From Balanoglossus misakiensis (lineage: Eukaryota; Animalia; Hemichordata), in NCBI GenBank assembly GCA_040954595.2, contig CM082595.2, positions 8,662,317-8,726,316 on the forward strand: a DNA stretch of 64,000 nt. Reading direction: 5' to 3'. The translations under genes and the position numbers were made by a program. Under the pieces are notes generated by a model that was given only the letters and a program-made list of their open reading frames with translations, was not told the DNA's origin and searched no databases. Numbering within the stretch: position 1 is the first letter of the stretch; the number at the start of each line of letters is the position of its first letter. Below, one piece after another: positions 33,878 through 46,400 of the stretch.

Positions 33878-33980
33878 TTTTTTCAGGCTATTTAGCCGGT
33901 CAACATGAGAAATTAAACTAGTTGACCTTTACCCCCAACACTTGTGTCTGTTTTATTAGTTTGTTAGTGATAGTAGTGTT
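33878..33980 (+). repeat. Split direct repeat B1
   Basis: TTTTTCAGGCTATTTAGCCGGTCAAC...GATAGTAGTGTT, about 2 mismatches versus 34233-34334. Confidence 0.92.
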
Positions 33981-33989
33981 GCCATTTAA

Positions 33990-34106
33990 GTGTACAATAA
34001 CACTTGTTTTATTGGAGTTTAAATGGAGCTGGGATCGAGGATGTGGGAGTTGGTCCTGGGACGAGGCTACCTCGTGGTTTTTTTGCCCAGACGGACAGCG
34101 GACATT
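33990..34106 (+). repeat. Split direct repeat A2
   Basis: Matches A1 with about 21 extra bp after GTGTACAATAAC and one extra T. Confidence 0.92.
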
Positions 34107-34232
34107 CCCCACCCTCCCTCCCATTGTTTAAAAAAATACGATAATGTTATTAAAAGTTAAGAGCTTTATCGTTAGAAGCGCTTTTAGTGTTACATGCTTC
34201 GCCTCTGCATTCTGTAATTCCTGTTCTTGCGG

Positions 34233-34334
34233 TTTTTCAGGCTATTTAGCCGGTCAACATGAGAAATTAAAATAGTTGACCTTTACCCCCCACACTTGTG
34301 TCTGTTTTATTAGTTTGTTAGTGATAGTAGTGTT
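34233..34334 (+). repeat. Split direct repeat B2 (3' terminus of element)
   Basis: Copy of B1; similarity stops abruptly at GTAGTGTT. Confidence 0.92.
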
Positions 34335-35255
34335 CTCGGAGCTCACAAACAGTGTTATGGGAAATTCAAGCTGCTAAACTTGCATGTCTCTACATTTACT
34401 GAAATTCTGATTATGAGCTAAATAAGGCAATGTATGGGAATGTCATTTTACCGCATACTGTCGCACAACATTTCTATTTAGCATGGGAAATAGTCTTAAG
34501 AACAGTATTCTCAGAGTTGACAAACTGTGTTATGTGTAGGATATTCAAGTTGCCTAATTGACAATTGTTAGCAACCAGTTGTCTTCAAGAAGGTTTGGGG
34601 CACCAACCTCAACGTGCTTTATTCTCACTACATTTAGGTACCCAGGTATGCTAGATGGTTTTAGTGATCTATAAAGTTACCTTGTATATTGAGCAACTGT
34701 TAACTTTGAGTGTTGCTCAATGATAGGAAAGTCCTTTGTTCATTTTCAAAAATGTGAACAAAACACACTGAGTTATGTACGGGATATTGATGTTGCCTAA
34801 TTTGCATGTCTCCACATTTACTTAAACTCTAAAAGGGAGACAAATGTCGCAGCAGAGGGAAAATAATTATGCCACACGCAACACATTTATTGAGCATGGG
34901 AAATGTTCATGAGAACTGTCTTATGAGAATTCTCAGGGCTCACAAACTGTGTTATAGGAAATCTGACAAGGAATCCAAACTGTAACACATACACAACATT
35001 GTTATTTAGCCTGGGAAATGGTCCTGAGAACAATATTCTCAGAGTTGACAAACTGTGTTATGTGCATGTTATATTGATGTTGTCTAATTTGTACGCATGT
35101 ACATTTATTAATACTCTGACAGTGAGCTTAATAACGCAGCGCCGGCTAAGGTCATGTTGCCATGTACACAACATTTTTAATTAGCATAGGTAATGGTCAT
35201 GATAACTTCATTTGCAGAGCTGTCAAACTGTGTTATGTGAAATTCATGTTGCCTT
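34335..35255. repeat. Decayed tandem repeat, about 175-bp unit
   Basis: CTCAGAG(C/T)T(C/G)ACAAACTGTGTTATG-like anchor at 34335, 34510, 34932, 35038, about 35213 (partial about 34760), with recurring ACAACATT...TAGCATGGGAAAT. Confidence 0.75.
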
Positions 35256-36212
35256 TTTCGTGATGATGGCTTGTGGTACACAAGGGTGAACAGCAATCAG
35301 CAATTGCTTGTATGAAGGGTATGATGATTGGTTTACAAATGTGAATGGTATAATAATGGGCAACACACGTGGAAGGGTTTAATAAACAGTTAACAAATGT
35401 GGTGATGGTTTGCGGTAAAATTGAGTGTACACAGATTATAATGGGCCAAACAATGAGTATAATAAAGATAATTGCACTGTGCATGTCCCGCACTTTGGCC
35501 CCTCACTATTGTATTTTCGACACCCTTACATACCTTTTAATGATGGTGAAGGGTTTTATGTGAATGGTGTAATAAAGGTTAACAAATGTGGTGATAGCTT
35601 TGGTGTACAGGCTGTAAATATTGATAGTAATGACAAAGGTATAATAATAAAAGCTTAAATAAGTGTCGGGGTATACTCATCATGATGGTTCGTTCATTGG
35701 TTAATGTGTATATTTTATGAATAACATGCTATTGTTTCTCAGATAGTTCATAATCAGGATTTTTCCATGCACATCGTCATCATGATTCAGTGGAATTCTT
35801 CGGAATGGTACCTGTGATCATTTTCACGCACCGACACACTGTACGCGGCAGACATGCAGAAAATATTAACACGTAACTCGCACGCATAATGTTAAATCTA
35901 AACGACTATATGTTAGGTTAGCTTCAACTCCCCACCCCATCCACATTCCACATTTAGCTTGCAGTGAGGTTTTGGGGTAGTACCGATTGGGAAACTTCAA
36001 GGTTCATTCACTGTATCAAATATTGGATTTGTCACACTGTGTCTGGGGTGGGTAAAACATGGAGAAATGTTGTCAGTAAACTTTAACCAGGCAGGTCACA
36101 TGAAAGGAAGATTTTATTGTTTGAGTTCGATGACATACATGATAAGATTTGTCACTTTTGACACCTTTTTGCAATTTGACTTAGACGCAGATGTATCTTT
36201 TCATTTGGACAC

Positions 36213-36443
36213 TGTTATGTTTACTGACTCGATGAGATCAGGTAACGTTTTGTGTAACTCTTTTAATGAGAAACTTCAACTGGAACACGAACACAACAAC
36301 TGTACGTTCTGCTAGTACAAGATGGCAGCCATGAACGCAGGGAAAAAACATGACCTTACAATGTCATATAAACTCTGCTAGAGGGCGCTCTATCAAAGCA
36401 TTGCATGTGATATGCTATAGTGGGTTATAGGCATATCATAACA
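36213..36443 (-). repeat. Putative 231-bp 3' LTR of a second Gypsy family
   Basis: 7-bp inverted termini TGTTATG...CATAACA; abutted by PPT AAGGAGGGGGA (36444-36454, minus strand). No partner LTR in the window. Confidence 0.7.
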
Positions 36444-37050
36444 TCCCCCTCCTTAAGCTGGATAGCAAACTTGTGAAAAGTGTATTGCGATAAATGTTCA
36501 GACACAGAGTCCATAATGTTCTATCAACTGAGAGTTCCTATCAGTCTATGAATTCATGCAAACAGTGTTCATTGTAATGTTCAAATAACGCTAAAGTTTT
36601 GACACTGGGAATAACACCAACACTGTGAAATGTACTGCAAGATTTTCAGCTTTGTGAAATGTTTTAACAAGAATGCAACATCAACAACTAATGGTCTCTG
36701 GTGATTCACGAGAGTACAAAATCATCGAATTTGCTCGGTAGTTTACTGTTCCGCTTTGGGCGATCCACAGAACAAGGAGCAAGTGTTTCTTGAGCGGTGT
36801 CTGCCTTGAGTGCACATCTGACATCTGGCTGGCGATCCATGTTTCATCAGTTGCAGTGCGGCTGGATGCTGCATTGTGGTGCGGTTGGTGCGTGGGCTTT
36901 ACATGAACTAAATCATGCTGATATTGAACTCCCTCCGGGGTCCGGATGGTGTATCTGCGATCAGACGACTTGTCAATCACCGTAGCTGGTTGCCAGGTTG
37001 ACTTTGGTGTCTTCTGAAATCTGCATGGGGAGCCAATATGGAGTGGCATT
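36213..37050 (-). mobile_element. 5'-truncated remnant of a second Gypsy-type element (integrase tail, 3' UTR, PPT, LTR)
   Basis: PLHIGSPCRFQKTPKSTWQPATVIDKSSDRRYTIRTPEGVQYQHDLVHVKP resembles a Gypsy integrase C-terminal region; RPKRNSKLPSKFDDFV follows in another frame near 36715-36765. Confidence 0.7.
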
Positions 37051-37482
37051 TTTTCAGCATGTCCTCCATGAGGTATGTAAGAGGTCAAAACTCGGTAGTC
37101 TGCACCAGGTTCTGCGCCAGGCGCATTTTCATAAAAGGGAACTCTGCGCCATGTGTTTGCACCATGCATTCTGCGCCACCCTTTGCGCCAAGCGATCTGC
37201 GCCACCCTATTCACGTACGTGCATGTGTAGGATGGACGGTAACAACGCAGCGTCCCAGTACACGCACAATATACACGTTTGTACATTACATGTTTATTTC
37301 AAATGAAAGGTAATTAAAAAGAACTTTTGTACAGCGTGTAATTTCTGAAAATTGTTGAGAAAAAAAAGTAAATTCAAGTTCGTTCGCGGGCTGAATGGGT
37401 TAACAGGAACAGTTGGTTTCGTGGAAACTACTGATAACTTCGTTTTCAGCATGTCCTCCATGAGGTATGTAAGAGGTCAAAA
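37051..37482. repeat. 40-bp perfect direct repeat (37051-37090 and 37443-37482) enclosing a CTGCGCCA-rich fragment
   Basis: TTTTCAGCATGTCCTCCATGAGGTATGTAAGAGGTCAAAA occurs twice; TGCGCCA recurs five times in 37110-37205. Confidence 0.9.
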
Positions 37483-40400
37483 TTTCGTCGATTTTTGAAA
37501 AAAAATCATGGAGGAAAATCATTAAAAATGACAAATTTACGACTGCAAAATCTCAAAATTTCGTCGATTTGTGAAAAAAAATCATGGGTGAAAATCATCA
37601 AAAAATGACAAATTTTCGACTTTGCAAAAGCTCAAAATTTCGTCCATTTTTGAAAAAAAATCATGGGTGAAAATCATCAAAAAATGACAAATTTTCGACT
37701 TTGCAAAATCTCAAAATTTCATCAATTTTTGAAAAAATCATGGGTGAAAATCATCAAAAAATGACAAAATTTTCAACTTTGCAAAATCTCAAAATTTCGT
37801 CGATTTTTGAAAAAAAATCATGGTTGAAAATCATCAAAAAATGACAAAATTTTCGAGTTTGCAAAATCACACAATTTCGTCGATTTTGAAAAAAATCATA
37901 GGTACGTCGATTTTTTTAAAAAAAACATGGGTGAAAATCATCAAAAAATGACAAATTTTCGACTTTGCAGAATCTCAAAATTTCGTCGATTTTTGAAAAA
38001 AATCATGGGGGAAAATCATCAAAAAATGACAAATTTTCGACTGCAAAATCTCAAAATTTCGTCGATTTGTGAAAAAAAATCATGGAGGAAAATCATAAAA
38101 AATGACAAATTTAGGACTGCAAAATCTCAAAATTTCGTCGATTTGTGAAAAAAAATCATGGAGGAAAATCATTAAAAATGACAAATTTAGGACTGCAAAA
38201 TCTCAAAATTTCGTCGATTTGTGAAAAAAAATCATGGGTGAAAATCATCAAAAAATGACAAATTTTCGACTTTGCAAAATCTCAAAATTTCGTCGATTTT
38301 TGAAAAAAATCATGGGTGAAAATCATCAAAAAATGACAAATTTTCGACTTTGCAAAATCTCAACATTTCGTCGATTTTTGAAAAAAATCATAGTGAAAAT
38401 CATCAAAAAATGACAAATTTTCGACTTTGCAAAAGCTCAAAATTTCGTCCATTTTTGAAAAAAAATCATGGGTGAAAATCATCAAAAATGACAAATTTTC
38501 GACTTTGCAAAATCTCAAAATTTCGTCGATTTTGAAAAAAATCATGGGTTCGTCGATTTTTTAAAAACAACATTGGTGAAAATCATCAAAAAATGACAAA
38601 TTTTCGACTTTGCAAAATCTCAAAATTTCGTCGATTTTTGAAAAAAATCATGGGTGAAAATCATCAAAAAATGACAAATTTTCGACTTTGCAAAATCTCA
38701 ACATTTCGTCGATTTTTGAAAAAAATCATAGGTGAAAATCATCAAAAAATGACAAATTTTCGACTTTGCAAAAGCTCAAAATTTCGTCCATTTTTGAAAA
38801 AAAATCATGGGTGAAAATCATCAAAAAATGACAAATTTTCGACTTTGCAAAATCTCAAAATTTCATCAATTTTTGAAAAAATCATGGGTGAAAATCATCA
38901 AAAAATGACAAAATTTTCAACTTTGCAAAATCTCAAAATTTCGTCGATTTTTGAAAAAAAATAATGGTTGAAAATCATCAAAAAATGACAAATTTTCGAC
39001 TTTGCAAAATCTCAAAATTTCGTCGATTTTGAAAAAAATCATGGGTTCGTCGATTTTTTAAAAACAACATTGGTGAAAATCATCAAAAAATGACAAATTT
39101 TCGACTTTGCAAAATCTCAAAATTTCGTCGATTTTTGAAAAAAATCATGGGTGAAAATCATCAAAAAATGACAAATTTTCGACTTTGCAAAATCTCAACA
39201 TTTCGTCGATTTTTGAAAAAAATCATAGGTGAAAATCATCAAAAAATGACAAATTTTCGACTTTGCAAAAGCTCAAAATTTCGTCCATTTTTGAAAAAAA
39301 ATCATGGGTGAAAATCATCAAAAAATGACAAATTTTCGACTTTGCAAAATCTCAAAATTTCATCAATTTTTGAAAAAATCATGGGTGAAAATCATCAAAA
39401 AATGACAAAATTTTCAACTTTGCAAAATCTCAAAATTTCGTCGATTTTTGAAAAAAAATCATGGTTGAAAATCATCAAAAAATGACAACATTTTCGAGTT
39501 TGCAAAATCACACAATTTCGTCGATTTTGAAAAAAATCATAGGTTCGTCGATTTTTTTAAAAAAAACATGGGTGAAAATCATCAAAAAATGACAGATTTT
39601 CGACTTTGCAAAATCTCAAAATTTCGTCGATTTTTTAAAAAAATCATGGGTGAAAATCATCAAAAAATGACAAATTTTCGACTTTGCAAAATCTCAAAAT
39701 TTCGTCAATTTTTGAAAAAATCATGGGTGAAAATCATCAAAATTGACAAAATTTTCGACTTTGCAAAATCTCAAAATTTCGTCGATTTTGAAAAAAATCA
39801 TGGGTTCGTCGATTTTTTAAAGACAACATTGGTGAAAATCATCAAAAAATGACAAATTTTCGACTTTGCAAAATCTCAAAATTTTGTCTTTTTTTGAAAA
39901 AAATCATGGGTTCGTCGATTTTTTAAAAACAACATTGGTGAAAATCATCAAAAAATGACAAATTTTCGACTTTGCAAAATCTCAAAATTTTGTCTTTTTT
40001 TGAAAAAAATCATAGGTGAAAATTATCAAAAAATTACAAATTTTCGACTTTGCAAAATCTCAAAATTTCGTCGATTTTGAAAAAAATCATGGGTTCGTCG
40101 ATTTTTTAAAAACAACATTGGTGAAAATCATCAAAAAATGACAAATTTTCGACTTTGCAAAATCTCAACATTTCGTCGATTTTTGAAAAAAATCATAGGT
40201 GAAAATCATCAAAAAATGACAAATTTTCGACTTTGCAAAATCTCAAAATTTCGTCAATTTTGAAAAAAATCATGGGTGAAAATCATCAAAAAATGACAAA
40301 TTTTCGACTTTGCAAAATCTCAAAATTTCGTCGATTTTTGAAAAAAATCATGGGTGAAAATCATCAAAAAATGAAAAATTTTCGACTTCGCAAAATCTCA

Positions 40401-43400
40401 AAATTTTGTCTTTTTTTGAAAAAAATCATATGTGAAAATTATCAAAAAATGACAAATTTTCGACTTTGCAAAATCTCAAAATTTCGTCGATTTTTGAAAA
40501 AAAATCATGGGTGAAAATCATCAAAAAATGACAAATTTTCGACTTTGCAAAATCTCAAAATTTCGTCAATTTTGAAAAAAATCATGGGTGAAAATCATCA
40601 AAAAATGACAAATTTTCGACTTTGCAAAATCTCAAAATTTCGTCGATTTTTGAAAAAAATCATGGGTGAAAATCATCAAAAAATGAAAAATTTTCGACTT
40701 CGCAAAATCTCAAAATTTTGTCTTTTTTTGAAAAAAATCATAGGTGAAAATTATCAAAAAATGACAAATTTTCGACTTTGCAAAAGCTCAAAATTTCGTC
40801 CATTTTTGAAAAAAAATCATGGGTGAAAATCATCAAAAAATGACAAATTTTCGACTTTGCAAAATCTCAAAATTTCATCAATTTTTGAAAAAATCATGGG
40901 TGAAAATCATCAAAAAATGACAAAATTTTCAACTTTGCAAAATCTCAAAATTTCGTCGATTTTTGAAAAAAAATAATGGTTGAAAATCATCAAAAAATGA
41001 CAAATTTTCGACTTTGCAAAATCTCAAAATTTCGTCGATTTTGAAAAAAATCATAGGTTCGTCGATTTTTTAAAAACAACATTGGTGAAAATCATCAAAA
41101 AATGACAAATTTTCGACTTTGCAAAATCTCAAAATTTCGTCGATTTTTGAAAAAAATCATGGGTGAAAATCATCAAAAAATGACAAATTTTCGACTTTGC
41201 AAAATCTCAAAATTTCGTCGATTTTTGAAAAAAATCATGGGTGAAAATCATCAAAAAATGAAAAATTTTCGACTTCGCAAAATCTCAAAATTTTGTCTTT
41301 TTTTGAAAAAAATCATAGGTGAAAATTATCAAAAAATGACAAATTTTCGACTTTGCAAAATCTCAAAATTTCGTCGATTTTTGAAAAAAAATAATGGTTG
41401 AAAATCATCAAAAAATGACAAATTTTCGACTTTGCAAAATCTCAAAATTTCGTCGATTTTGAAAAAAATCATGGGTTCGTCGATTTTTTAAAAACAACAT
41501 TGGTGAAAATCATCAAAAAATGACAAATTTTCGACTTTGCAAAATCTCAAAATTTCGTCGATTTTTGAAAAAAATCATGGGTGAAAATCATCAAAAAATG
41601 ACAAATTTTCGACTTTGCAAAATCTCAAAATTTCGTCGATTTTTGAAAAAAAATAATGGTTGAAAATCATCAAAAAATGACAAATTTTCGACTTTGCAAA
41701 ATCTCAAAATTTCGTCGATTTTGAAAAAAATCATGGGTTCGTCGATTTTTTAAAAACAACATTGGTGAAAATCATCAAAAAATGACAAATTTTCGACTTT
41801 GCAAAATCTCAAAATTTCGTCGATTTTTGAAAAAAATCATGGGTGAAAATCATCAAAAAATGACAAATTTTCGACTTTGCAAAATCTCAACATTTCGTCG
41901 ATTTTTGAAAAAAATCATAGGTGAAAATCATCAAAAAATGAAAAATTTTCGACTTTGCAAAAGCTCAAAATTTCGTCCATTTTTGAAAAAAAATCATGGG
42001 TGAAAATCATCAAAAAATGACAAATTTTCGACTTTGCAAAATCTCAAAATTTCGTCGATTTTTGAAAAAAATCATGGTTGAAAATCATCAAAAAATGACA
42101 ACATTTTCGAGTTTGCAAAATCACACAATTTCGTCGATTTTGAAAAAAATCATAGGTTCGTCGATTTTTTTAAAAAAAACATGGGTGAAAATCATCAAAA
42201 AATGACAGATTTTCGACTTTGCAAAATCTCAAAATTTCGTCGATTTTTTAAAAAAATCATGGGTGAAAATCATCAAAAAATGACAAATTTTCGACTTTGC
42301 AAAATCTCAAAATTTCGTCAATTTTTGAAAAAATCATGGGTGAAAATCATCAAAATTGACAAAATTTTCGACTTTGCAAAATCTCAAAATTTCGTCGATT
42401 TTGAAAAAAATCATGGGTTCGTCGATTTTTTAAAGACAACATTGGTGAAAATCATCAAAAAATGACAAATTTTCGACTTTGCAAAATCTCAAAATTTTGT
42501 CTTTTTTTGAAAAAAATCATGGGTTCGTCGATTTTTTAAAAACAACATTGGTGAAAATCATCAAAAAATGACAAATTTTCGACTTTGCAAAATCTCAAAA
42601 TTTTGTCTTTTTTTGAAAAAAATCATAGGTGAAAATTATCAAAAAATTACAAATTTTCGACTTTGCAAAATCTCAAAATTTCGTCGATTTTGAAAAAAAT
42701 CATGGGTTCGTCGATTTTTTAAAAACAACATTGGTGAAAATCATCAAAAAATGACAAATTTTCGACTTTGCAAAATCTCAACATTTCGTCGATTTTTGAA
42801 AAAAATCATAGGTGAAAATCATCAAAAAATGACAAATTTTCGACTTTGCAAAATCTCAAAATTTCGTCGATTTTGAAAAAAATCATAGGTTCGTCGATTT
42901 TTTAAAAACAACATTGGTGAAAATCATCAAAAAATGACAAATTTTCGACTTTGCAAAATCTCAAAATTTCGTCGATTTTTGAAAAAAATCATGGGTGAAA
43001 ATCATCAAAAAATGACAAATTTTCGACTTTGCAAAATCTCAAAATTTCGTCGATTTTTGAAAAAAATCATGGGTGAAAATCATCAAAAAATGAAAAATTT
43101 TCGACTTCGCAAAATCTCAAAATTTTGTCTTTTTTTGAAAAAAATCATAGGTGAAAATTATCAAAAAATGACAAATTTTCGACTTTGCAAAATCTCAAAA
43201 TTTCGTCGATTTTTGAAAAAAAATAATGGTTGAAAATCATCAAAAAATGACAAATTTTCGACTTTGCAAAATCTCAAAATTTCGTCGATTTTGAAAAAAA
43301 TCATGGGTTCGTCGATTTTTTAAAAACAACATTGGTGAAAATCATCAAAAAATGACAAATTTTCGACTTTGCAAAATCTCAAAATTTCGTCGATTTTTGA

Positions 43401-46400
43401 AAAAAATCATGGGTGAAAATCATCAAAAAATGACAAATTTTCGACTTTGCAAAATCTCAAAATTTCGTCGATTTTTGAAAAAAAATAATGGTTGAAAATC
43501 ATCAAAAAATGACAAATTTTCGACTTTGCAAAATCTCAAAATTTCGTCGATTTTGAAAAAAATCATGGGTTCGTCGATTTTTTAAAAACAACATTGGTGA
43601 AAATCATCAAAAAATGACAAATTTTCGACTTTGCAAAATCTCAAAATTTCGTCGATTTTTGAAAAAAATCATGGGTGAAAATCATCAAAAAATGACAAAT
43701 TTTCGACTTTGCAAAATCTCAACATTTCGTCGATTTTTGAAAAAAATCATAGGTGAAAATCATCAAAAAATGAAAAAATTTCGACTTTGCAAAAGCTCAA
43801 AATTTCGTCCATTTTTGAAAAAAAATCATGGGTGAAAATCATCAAAAAATGACAAATTTTCGACTTTGCAAAATCTCAAAATTTCATCAATTTTTGAAAA
43901 AATCATGGGTGAAAATCATCAAAAAATGATAAAATTTTCAACTTTGCAAAATCTCAAAATTTCGTCGATTTTTGAAAAAAAATCATGGTTGAAAATCATC
44001 AAAAAATGACAACATTTTCGAGTTTGCAAAATCACACAATTTCGTCGATTTTGAAAAAAATCATAGGTTCGTCGATTTTTTTAAAAAAACGGGTGAAAAT
44101 CATCAAAAAATGACAGATTTTCGACTTTGCAAAATCTCAAAATTTCGTCGATTTTTTAAAAAAATCATGGGTGAAAATCATCAAAAAATGACAAATTTTC
44201 GACTTTGCAAAATCTCAAAATTTCGTCAATTTTTGAAAAAATCATGGGTGAAAATCATCAAAATTGACAAAATTTTCGACTTTGCAAAATCTCAAAATTT
44301 CGTCGATTTTGAAAAAAATCATGGGTTCGTCGATTTTTTAAAGACAACATTGGTGAAAATCATCAAAAAATGACAAATTTTCGACTTTGCAAAATCTCAA
44401 AATTTTGTCTTTTTTTGAAAAAAATCATGGGTTCGTCGATTTTTTAAAAACAACATTGGTGAAAATCATCAAAAAATGACAAATTTTCGACTTTGCAAAA
44501 TCTCAAAATTTTGTCTTTTTTTGAAAAAAATCATAGGTGAAAATTATCAAAAAATTACAAATTTTCGACTTTGCAAAATCTCAAAATTTCGTCGATTTTG
44601 AAAAAAATCATGGGTTCGTCGATTTTTTAAAAACAACATTGGTGAAAATCATCAAAAAATGACAAATTTTCGACTTTGCAAAATCTCAACATTTCGTCGA
44701 TTTTTGAAAAAAATCATAGGTGAAAATCATCAAAAAATGACAAATTTTCGACTTTGCAAAATCTCAAAATTTCGTCAATTTTGAAAAAAATCATGGGTGA
44801 AAATCATCAAAAAATGACAAATTTTCGACTTTGCAAAATCTCAAAATTTCGTCGATTTTTGAAAAAAATCATGGGTGAAAATCATCAAAAAATGAAAAAT
44901 TTTCGAGTTCGCAAAATCTCAAAATTTTGTCTTTTTTTGAAAAAAATCATAGGTGAAAATTATCAAAAAATGACAAATTTTCGACTTTGCAAAATCTCAA
45001 AATTTCGTCGATTTTTGAAAAAAATCATGGGTGAAAATCATCAAAAAATGACAAATTTTCGACTTTGCAAAATCTCAAAATTTCGTCAATTTTGAAAAAA
45101 ATCATGGGTGAAAATCATCAAAAAATGACAAATTTTCGAGTTCGCAAAATCTCAAAATTTTGTCTTTTTTTGAAAAAAATCATAGGTGAAAATTATCAAA
45201 AAATGACAAATTTTCGACTTTGCAAAATCTCAAAATTTCGTCGATTTTTGAAAAAAATCATGGGTGAAAATCATCAAAAAATGAAAAATTTTCGACTTCG
45301 CAAAATCTCAAAATTTTGTCTTTTTTTGAAAAAAATCATAGGTGAAAATTATCAAAAAATGACAAATTTTCGACTTTGCAAAATCTCAAAATTTCGTCGA
45401 TTTTTGAAAAAAAATAATGGTTGAAAATCATCAAAAAATGACAAATTTTCGACTTTGCAAAATCTCAAAATTTCGTCGATTTTGAAAAAAATCATGGGTT
45501 CGTCGATTTTTTAAAAACAACATTGGTGAAAATCATCAAAAAATGACAAATTTTCGACTTTGCAAAATCTCAAAATTTCGTCGATTTTTGAAAAAAATCA
45601 TGGGTGAAAATCATCAAAAAATGACAAATTTTCGACTTTGCAAAATCTCAAAATTTCGTCGATTTTTGAAAAAAAATAATGGTTGAAAATCATCAAAAAA
45701 TGACAAATTTTCGACTTTGCAAAATCTCAAAATTTCGTCGATTTTGAAAAAAATCATGGGTTCGTCGATTTTTTAAAAACAACATTGGTGAAAATCATCA
45801 AAAAATGACAAATTTTCGACTTTGCAAAATCTCAAAATTTCGTCGATTTTTGAAAAAAATCATGGGTGAAAATCATCAAAAAATGACAAATTTTCGACTT
45901 TGCAAAATCTCAACATTTCGTCGATTTTTGAAAAAAATCATAGGTGAAAATCATCAAAAAATGAAAAAATTTCGACTTTGCAAAAGCTCAAAATTTCGTC
46001 CATTTTTGAAAAAAAATCATGGGTGAAAATCATCAAAAAATGACAAATTTTCGACTTTGCAAAATCTCAAAATTTCATCAATTTTTGAAAAAATCATGGG
46101 TGAAAATCATCAAAAAATGATAAAATTTTCAACTTTGCAAAATCTCAAAATTTCGTCGATTTTTGAAAAAAAATCATGGTTGAAAATCATCAAAAAATGA
46201 CAACATTTTCGAGTTTGCAAAATCACACAATTTCGTCGATTTTGAAAAAAATCATAGGTTCGTCGATTTTTTTAAAAAAACATGGGTGAAAATCATCAAA
46301 AAATGACAGATTTTCGACTTTGCAAAATCTCAAAATTTCGTCGATTTTTTAAAAAAATCATGGGTGAAAATCATCAAAAAATGACAAATTTTCGACTTTG

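Larger units (their letters stand above)
30067..34334 (+). mobile_element. Ngaro-type (DIRS order) tyrosine-recombinase retrotransposon, full length, decayed
   Basis: gag, RT/RH and YR ORFs; split direct repeats A1-ORFs-B1-A2-B2; no methyltransferase domain seen between RH and YR; no TSD. Confidence 0.88.

Noticed and set aside
36681-37286. 201-aa ORF as a real gene
   Set aside because: Chimeric read-through across the TGCGCCA fragment, the 40-bp repeat and the decayed integrase tail.
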